Below the pieces are notes generated by a model. That model was not told the origin of the DNA. It saw nothing but the letters and a program-made list of their open reading frames with translations, and searched no databases. Shown here one piece after another: positions 23,918-32,000 of a stretch of DNA of 32,000 nucleotides (position 1 is its first letter; each line of letters starts with the position of its first letter). This stretch comes from Corynebacterium amycolatum (lineage in GTDB: Bacteria > Actinomycetota > Actinomycetes > Mycobacteriales > Mycobacteriaceae). Both the position numbers and the translations under genes were made by a program. Location: NCBI RefSeq assembly GCF_049243625.1, contig NZ_CP046975.1. One strand, written 5' to 3'.

Positions 23918-25009
23918 ATGACTGCTATGACCGAGTTGACCCTGCTGGCAATCGAGAGTTCCTGCGATGAGACTGGCGCTGCAGTGATGCGTGTGCGCTA
24001 CGACGACACCGCCACCCCTGCCGCTGTTGAGGTAGAAGTGCTTGCCGACGTCGTCGCATCCTCCATGGAACAGCACGCCCGTTTCGGCGGTGTGGTTCCC
24101 GAGATTGCCTCTCGCGCTCATTTGGAAGCCTTGCAGCCAGTGGTTTCCGAAGCGCGTGCGCAAGCAGCTGCCAAGCTCGGTATCGATACTTTTATCCCAG
24201 ATGCCGTCGCCGCTACCGTGGGGCCTGGTCTCGCCGGTGCGCTGCTGGTTGGTTCGGCAGGCGCGAAGGCCTATGCCGCTGCCTGGGGTGTGCCTTTCTA
24301 CGGCATTAACCACCTTGGTGGCCACGTTGCTGTTGGTGCCCTTGACGGCGCGGATTTGTCCAATGCTGTAGCGCTGTTGGTCTCTGGCGGTCACACACAG
24401 CTGCTGCGTGTACAGGGGGTCGGTCGCCCGATGCAGGAGCTCGGGTCGACGCTTGACGACGCAGCCGGAGAGGCATACGACAAGGTTTCTAGGTTGCTTG
24501 GGTTGGGTTACCCGGGCGGCCCGATTATCGATAAGTTGGCTAAGCAGGGAAACCGCAAGGCCATCGCGTTTCCTCGGGCCATGATGCGCCAGCAGGATGC
24601 GCGCCATGACTTCTCCTTCTCCGGCTTGAAGACAGCCGTGGCCCGCTATGTCGAGGCAGCGGAGAAGGAAGGTCGTGAATACTCCGTAGAGGACGTTTGT
24701 GCTTCCTTCCAGGAGGCGGTCTGCGATGTGTTGACCAAGAAGGCTGTCCGTGCGGCTCAGGATGTGGGGGCTACTACGCTGCTGCTCGGTGGTGGTGTAG
24801 CTGCGAACTCGAGGTTGCGTGAACTCGCAGCGGCGCGAGCTACCTCGGCGGGAATTACGCTGCACGTGCCGCCGATTAAGCTGTGTACCGACAACGGTGT
24901 CATGATTGGCGCAGCTGCCGCCTACCTAATTGCCGCAGGGGTCAATCCCTCTGGTTACGCCTGTCCGACCGACCCATCGATGCCAGTGGAAGAACCTGTA
25001 ATGCAATGA
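23918..25009 (+). CDS. tsaD: tRNA N6-adenosine threonylcarbamoyltransferase
   Basis: 363 aa. [28 protein letters not shown] and [10 protein letters not shown]. Confidence 0.93.
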   Translation: MTAMTELTLLAIESSCDETGAAVMRVRYDDTATPAAVEVEVLADVVASSMEQHARFGGVVPEIASRAHLEALQPVVSEARAQAAAKLGIDTFIPDAVAATVGPGLAGALLVGSAGAKAYAAAWGVPFYGINHLGGHVAVGALDGADLSNAVALLVSGGHTQLLRVQGVGRPMQELGSTLDDAAGEAYDKVSRLLGLGYPGGPIIDKLAKQGNRKAIAFPRAMMRQQDARHDFSFSGLKTAVARYVEAAEKEGREYSVEDVCASFQEAVCDVLTKKAVRAAQDVGATTLLLGGGVAANSRLRELAAARATSAGITLHVPPIKLCTDNGVMIGAAAAYLIAAGVNPSGYACPTDPSMPVEEPVMQ

Positions 25010-25116
25010 GACTGATTACCACTCGGCTCCGTTTAGCGGAGACTGTGAGGCGCCGGAGTTCCCAACCACGGAGGAAAACTTTACGATTGTCGCCTGTGAC
25101 GGATGGTGGGCGATAG

Positions 25117-25311
25117 GTGGACGCACAAACAGTGGGGGGACTGGCGGTTTACCAATGGGACGAAGGTGCCTGGCAAAGGAGGGAGCCAGACAGTCGTTAC
25201 ACGACCGGTTCTGGTGGCCCCTGCTTTAGCGATGAGTACATCAAGGAACACGGGATGACGGTTACTGTGTTCGGTCGTATGGCTTGCAACCCCGACAAGC
25301 TGACCAATTAG
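25117..25311 (+). CDS. Possible small protein (64 aa), unknown function; doubtful
   Basis: This is the only sizeable ORF in the 458-bp tsaD-groES spacer. It has a GTG start with GGTGGG upstream. It uses many rare codons (CAA, ACA, AGG, AGT), and an overlapping antisense ORF (25081-25314) is equally long. Confidence 0.25.
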   Translation: MDAQTVGGLAVYQWDEGAWQRREPDSRYTTGSGGPCFSDEYIKEHGMTVTVFGRMACNPDKLTN

Positions 25312-25313
25312 CA

Positions 25314-25363
25314 TTAGCGCTCACTGTTGTTGAGTGTTAGCACTTGCAGAGGTAGAGTGCTAA
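25314..25363. promoter_or_regulatory. Two overlapping CIRCE (HrcA) operators upstream of groES-groEL
   Basis: CIRCE1 is TTAGCGCTC-N9-GAGTGTTAG (25314-25340). CIRCE2 is TTAGCACTT-N9-GAGTGCTAA (25337-25363). The consensus is TTAGCACTC-N9-GAGTGCTAA. The right arm of CIRCE1 shares 4 nt with the left arm of CIRCE2. Confidence 0.8.
25330..25358 (+). promoter_or_regulatory. Candidate groES promoter TTGAGT, 17 nt, TAGAGT, interleaved with the CIRCE pair
   Basis: The -35 lies in the right arm of CIRCE1 and the -10 in the right arm of CIRCE2. Motif match only. Confidence 0.35.
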
Positions 25364-25467
25364 CGAAGGTTGTTTGACACACAGTTGTTCACCCGCGACG
25401 ACGGCTGTGCACGGCAGACCAACCGGCACAAGAACATCACATCACCGCATGTATGGAGGAATTCATC

Positions 25468-27391
<1,924 letters not shown>

Positions 27392-27427
27392 TTGCTAATG
27401 AGCTAGTGTGCTAGCTGCTAGTACGTG

Positions 27428-27474
27428 AAATGCTCCCCGCCTTTCAATCTGAGGGTGGGGAGCATTTTGGTTTT
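27428..27474 (+). terminator. Intrinsic terminator after groEL
   Basis: AAATGCTCCCC (27428-27438) pairs with GGGGAGCATTT (27457-27467). It is followed by TGGTTTT. A smaller hairpin, AGCTAG-TGTG-CTAGCT, sits at 27401-27416. Confidence 0.75.
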
Positions 27475-27516
27475 ATGTGAACTGGAACTGGCTGGAGTCC
27501 GAGAGAAGGGGAGGGA

Positions 27517-27840
27517 CTACATGGCAGCGACTAGAACGCGTTCAAGTTCGCGTTCACGTGAGGCCGGCTTAGCTCGAAGGATTTCATTTCGTTCAGATTC
27601 GCTGAGACCACCCCAGACGCCGTATGGCTCACCAACCTTGAGTGCGTGACTACGGCACTGCATAAGAACGGGGCAAGAACGGCAGATAGCCTTCGCACGG
27701 GCTTCGCGTAGGCTGCGTGCGCGTCCGCGCTCGCCTTCCGGGTGGAAGAAGGTCGCGGAGTCCTGCCCGCGGCAAGAGCCGTGCAGCTGCCAATCCCACA
27801 AATCCGCATTGGGCCCGGGCAAGTGGTCGATGTACGTCAT
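27517..27840 (-). CDS. WhiB-family Fe-S transcription factor (in the position of WhiB3 in M. tuberculosis)
   Basis: It has the four-Cys pattern C...CRSCPVLMQC plus GVWGG. I chose ATG 27840 (MTYIDHLPGP...) because AAGGAG lies upstream. The track ORF extends to 27888. Confidence 0.9.
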   Translation of the reverse strand: MTYIDHLPGPNADLWDWQLHGSCRGQDSATFFHPEGERGRARSLREARAKAICRSCPVLMQCRSHALKVGEPYGVWGGLSESERNEILRAKPASRERELERVLVAAM

Positions 27841-27977
27841 CGGAATTGATGTCTCCTTCATTGAGCTTTCTTGAAGCAGTGAGCTCAAGTGTGGAGGCCA
27901 ACAATGAACGGTTGGTAAACCTAAGGAGGCCAGCCGGGATACTACGCAAACAATTCCGTGAAACTCTTACCAAATTT

Positions 27978-28346
27978 TTAGAAACGGCCAGGTCGGCGAG
28001 AACGCAGACCGTCGACAAAGCCTGCGCAGTAGTCCCATGGAGCGTAACGGGAGGGGTCTGGATCGAATTGTGGCTCGTGAACCGGGGACGCCTGTCCAGA
28101 CAGGAGCATCAGGTAGTGGTTTTCCAAAACTTCCCAGTTGTAAAAGTGCTCGTCACCGCAGTCCTCACACAACATGCAGACACCCAGTAATCCCTCTGGG
28201 CTCAAAGCGGTGCGGAATAGGCGAACTGCGGCCAGATCTTCAAGAACCTCTCGACGTTCCTGGTCTGTCAGCGGAGCAAACGGCTCATCCGGCTCGAGAA
28301 AGCTTGCCGGGTCATTGGGATCTCCCTCGAACGGATCCCGCGGCAT
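27978..28346 (-). CDS. Conserved actinobacterial hypothetical protein (DUF5319-like; positional equivalent of Rv3412)
   Basis: 122 aa from ATG 28346 (MPRDPFEGDPNDP...). CMLCEDCGDEHFYNWEVL. It is divergent from guaB, as in mycobacteria. The family name is from memory. Confidence 0.65.
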   Translation of the reverse strand: MPRDPFEGDPNDPASFLEPDEPFAPLTDQERREVLEDLAAVRLFRTALSPEGLLGVCMLCEDCGDEHFYNWEVLENHYLMLLSGQASPVHEPQFDPDPSRYAPWDYCAGFVDGLRSRRPGRF

Positions 28347-28462
28347 GGATGAGAAAAAGTTATGGTTCACAATCACTACCGTAACAGCTCTGTACGGCAA
28401 TCCTGACGATTGGCAATCTACTTAGTTGGGGTTTAGTTCACCTTGGTATAACCCTCAGCTAG

Positions 28463-30139
<1,677 letters not shown>

Positions 30140-30189
30140 ACTGGCTTAGTCGAGTTAAATTCCACGGAAAGGGCATGTGAGGAAAGCTC

Positions 30190-31338
30190 ATGCGCGACAT
30201 CGTTGAAATCGGTATTGGCCGCGAGGCACGCCGGACCTACGAGTTGGACGATATTGCACTCGTTCCCACTCGTCGTACTCGGTCGTCCAAGGACGTCGAT
30301 ACCTCCTGGCGAATTGACGCCTACGATTTCGAACTCCCGATGATGATGCATCCGACAGATGCCATCGCCAGCCCGGAATCCGTCGCTGAGTTTGCTCGCC
30401 TGGGCGGCTTGGCGGTTCTCAACGCCGAGGGTATCTGGGCCCGTCACGCCGATGCGCAGGACAAGATTGCCGAGCTGGTGAAGTTGGCAAAGAATGCCGC
30501 CACCAAGCGCGAATCCGAGGCAGTGAACCGCAAGCTGCAGGAACTGCACTCTGCTCCGATTGATACGGAGCTGTTGGTTGAGCGCATCAAGGAAATCCGC
30601 GCAACCGGTGCGATCACTGCAGTTCGTGTCTCCCCGCAGCACGTCCGTGAGTTGGCGCCGCTGGCTATTAAAGCTGGCATTGACTTGTTGGTTATCCAGG
30701 GCACGCTGATTTCCGCAGAGCACGTCACTGCTCAGGGTGAGCCGCTGAACCTCAAGGACTTCATCGGCAGCCTGGACGTTCCGGTTATTGCCGGTGGCGT
30801 TGTCGACTACCAGACTGCGCTGCATCTGATGCGCTCAGGCGCCGCTGGTGTAATCGTCGGTACAGGCTTTACGACGTCCCCGGATGCGCTCGGCATCGAT
30901 GTGCCAATGGCTACCGCTATTGCGGATGCTGCAGCTGCTCGTAAGGACTACCTCGATGAGACCGAGGGCCGCTACGTCCACATCATTGCCGACGGCGGCA
31001 TTGATACCGTCGGTGATATTGCCAAGGCAATCGCCTGCGGTGCGGATGCTGTGGCGCTGTCCAGTGCGCTGGCAACCGTCAACGAAGCCCCGGGGCAGGG
31101 CTATGTCTGGCCGTCTGTTGCGGCACACCCGAAGTACCCGCGAGGTGCGGTGTGGCCGGTTGTCGACGATGAGAAGGAATTGGTCAGCCTGGAAGAGGCT
31201 CTGTTTGGCCCGTCCGCCTCGCCGTTCGGTGACCGCAATCTCGCCGGTGGCCTGCGTCGCGCAATGGCCAAGTGCGGCTTTACCAACCTGAAGTCCTTCC
31301 ACCGCGTTGAGCTGTCGGTACGTCCAAAGGGTTTGTAA
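30190..31338 (+). CDS. guaB3: GuaB3-family IMP-dehydrogenase-related protein (no CBS domains)
   Basis: 382 aa. MRDIVEIGIGREARRTYELDDIALVP. TIM-barrel IMPDH-like sequence lacking the catalytic Cys loop context. It sits immediately after guaB. Confidence 0.85.
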   Translation: MRDIVEIGIGREARRTYELDDIALVPTRRTRSSKDVDTSWRIDAYDFELPMMMHPTDAIASPESVAEFARLGGLAVLNAEGIWARHADAQDKIAELVKLAKNAATKRESEAVNRKLQELHSAPIDTELLVERIKEIRATGAITAVRVSPQHVRELAPLAIKAGIDLLVIQGTLISAEHVTAQGEPLNLKDFIGSLDVPVIAGGVVDYQTALHLMRSGAAGVIVGTGFTTSPDALGIDVPMATAIADAAAARKDYLDETEGRYVHIIADGGIDTVGDIAKAIACGADAVALSSALATVNEAPGQGYVWPSVAAHPKYPRGAVWPVVDDEKELVSLEEALFGPSASPFGDRNLAGGLRRAMAKCGFTNLKSFHRVELSVRPKGL

Positions 31339-31378
31339 TTAAAGTAATCGGATAGTTTTTTCGCAAAACTACCTTACT

Positions 31379-31455
31379 GAAAAGCCACCTCCGCTTAGGG
31401 TTAGGAACATGAGTTCCGCGCATTAGTGTTACGCCCTTAGAGAAGGTGGCTTTTC
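31379..31455 (+). promoter_or_regulatory. 12-bp perfect inverted repeat whose 3' arm covers the SD region of the downstream oxidoreductase gene
   Basis: GAAAAGCCACCT (31379-31390) pairs with AGGTGGCTTTTC (31444-31455), 53 nt apart. The ATG is at 31458. The inner palindrome GGAACATGAGTTCC lies at 31404-31417. Confidence 0.4.
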
Positions 31456-31457
31456 CC

Positions 31458-32000
31458 ATGAGTAAACAACGTGATTTCGATGTTGTAATCGTCGGTTCCG
31501 GTTTCGGTGGCTCTGTTTCTGCTTTGCGGTTGACCGAAAAAGGCTACCGAGTGGCAGTTCTCGAAGCCGGTCGACGGTTCGAAGATAAAGACTTTGCCAA
31601 GACCAGCTGGCGGCTTCATAAGTACCTGTGGGCTCCCAAGCTGGGGCTCTTTGGCGTCCAGCGCGTGCACATGTTGAAAGATGTCATGATTCTCGCTGGT
31701 GCTGGAGTCGGCGGTGGTTCCCTTAACTACGCAAACACTCTGTATAAGCCGGGTACCGAGTACTTCCAGCACCGTCAGTGGGGGCACATTACCGACTGGG
31801 AGTCAGAACTCACTCCGCACTATGACAATGCATCTCGCATGCTCGGGGTGGTCACCAACCCATCCGACACGCCTGCCGACGTTGTCATGCGTGAGGTAGC
31901 CGAAGATATGGGGGTGGGCCATACTTTCCGCTCAACCCCGGTGGGCGTGTTCTTCGGTGCCAAGACTGGTGGTCAGGGTGTGCCAGGGCAAACAGTTTCC
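31458..32000 (+). CDS. GMC-family FAD oxidoreductase (cholesterol-oxidase-like), N-terminal fragment running off the window
   Basis: MSKQRDFDVVIVGSGFGGSVSALRLTEKGYRVAVLEAG (Rossmann GxGxxG) and GAGVGGGSLNYANT. The frame is open to nt 32000. It is absent from the ORF track because it has no stop codon. Confidence 0.85.
   Translation, partial: MSKQRDFDVVIVGSGFGGSVSALRLTEKGYRVAVLEAGRRFEDKDFAKTSWRLHKYLWAPKLGLFGVQRVHMLKDVMILAGAGVGGGSLNYANTLYKPGTEYFQHRQWGHITDWESELTPHYDNASRMLGVVTNPSDTPADVVMREVAEDMGVGHTFRSTPVGVFFGAKTGGQGVPGQTVS

Noticed and set aside
27841-27958. 8-bp inverted repeat CGGAATTG / CAATTCCG bracketing the whiB upstream region, and the GGAGGCCA direct repeat (27893, 27925)
   Set aside because: These are short matches 110 bp and 32 bp apart. 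That is plausibly chance at this length, and there is no supporting structure or known motif.
31404-31417. Calling the GGAACATGAGTTCC palindrome a KstR operator
   Set aside because: The KstR consensus as I recall it has AAC-N2-GTT. This site has AAC-N4-GTT, so the specific assignment is not supported. It is reported only as a generic palindrome.
31437-31787. 116-aa minus-strand ORF
   Set aside because: It is antisense to a clear FAD-binding GMC oxidoreductase N-terminus on the plus strand that runs off the window.

Overview
This is a high-GC actinobacterial chromosome segment. Its backbone gene order is glmM ... glmS ... nnr-alr/tsaE-tsaB-rimI ... tsaD-groES-groEL-whiB ... guaB-guaB3-GMC oxidoreductase. 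From memory this matches the conserved Mycobacteriales/Corynebacterium arrangement (M. tuberculosis Rv3441c down to Rv3409c). Several things stand out against that backbone.

1. A complete six-gene mevalonate-pathway cluster (idi, mvk, mvaD, pmk, hmgR, hmgS; 3384-9688) sits directly after glmM.
2. A translationally coupled three-gene operon of unknown function lies at 9788-11648. It encodes a small EspC/WXG-like helical protein, a 414-aa membrane-anchored protein (Cys-rich, Gly/Ala-zipper, (PE)7 repeat) and a small basic coiled-coil protein. This is my best candidate for an undescribed system.
3. A DUF222/HNH (REP13E12-type) gene has a 3' end that overlaps the 3' end of glmS.
4. alr and tsaE are fused into one 537-codon ORF.
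5. poxB plus a DUF3846-like gene are inserted between rimI and tsaD.
6. Two overlapping CIRCE operators lie in front of groES.
7. sigD-rsdA is missing from its usual place between whiB and guaB.
8. An alpha/beta hydrolase has a nucleophile elbow that reads GHGMG instead of GHSMG.

I saw no rRNA, tRNA, CRISPR array, transposase or integrase. All product calls come from motif recognition by eye. No database search was run.
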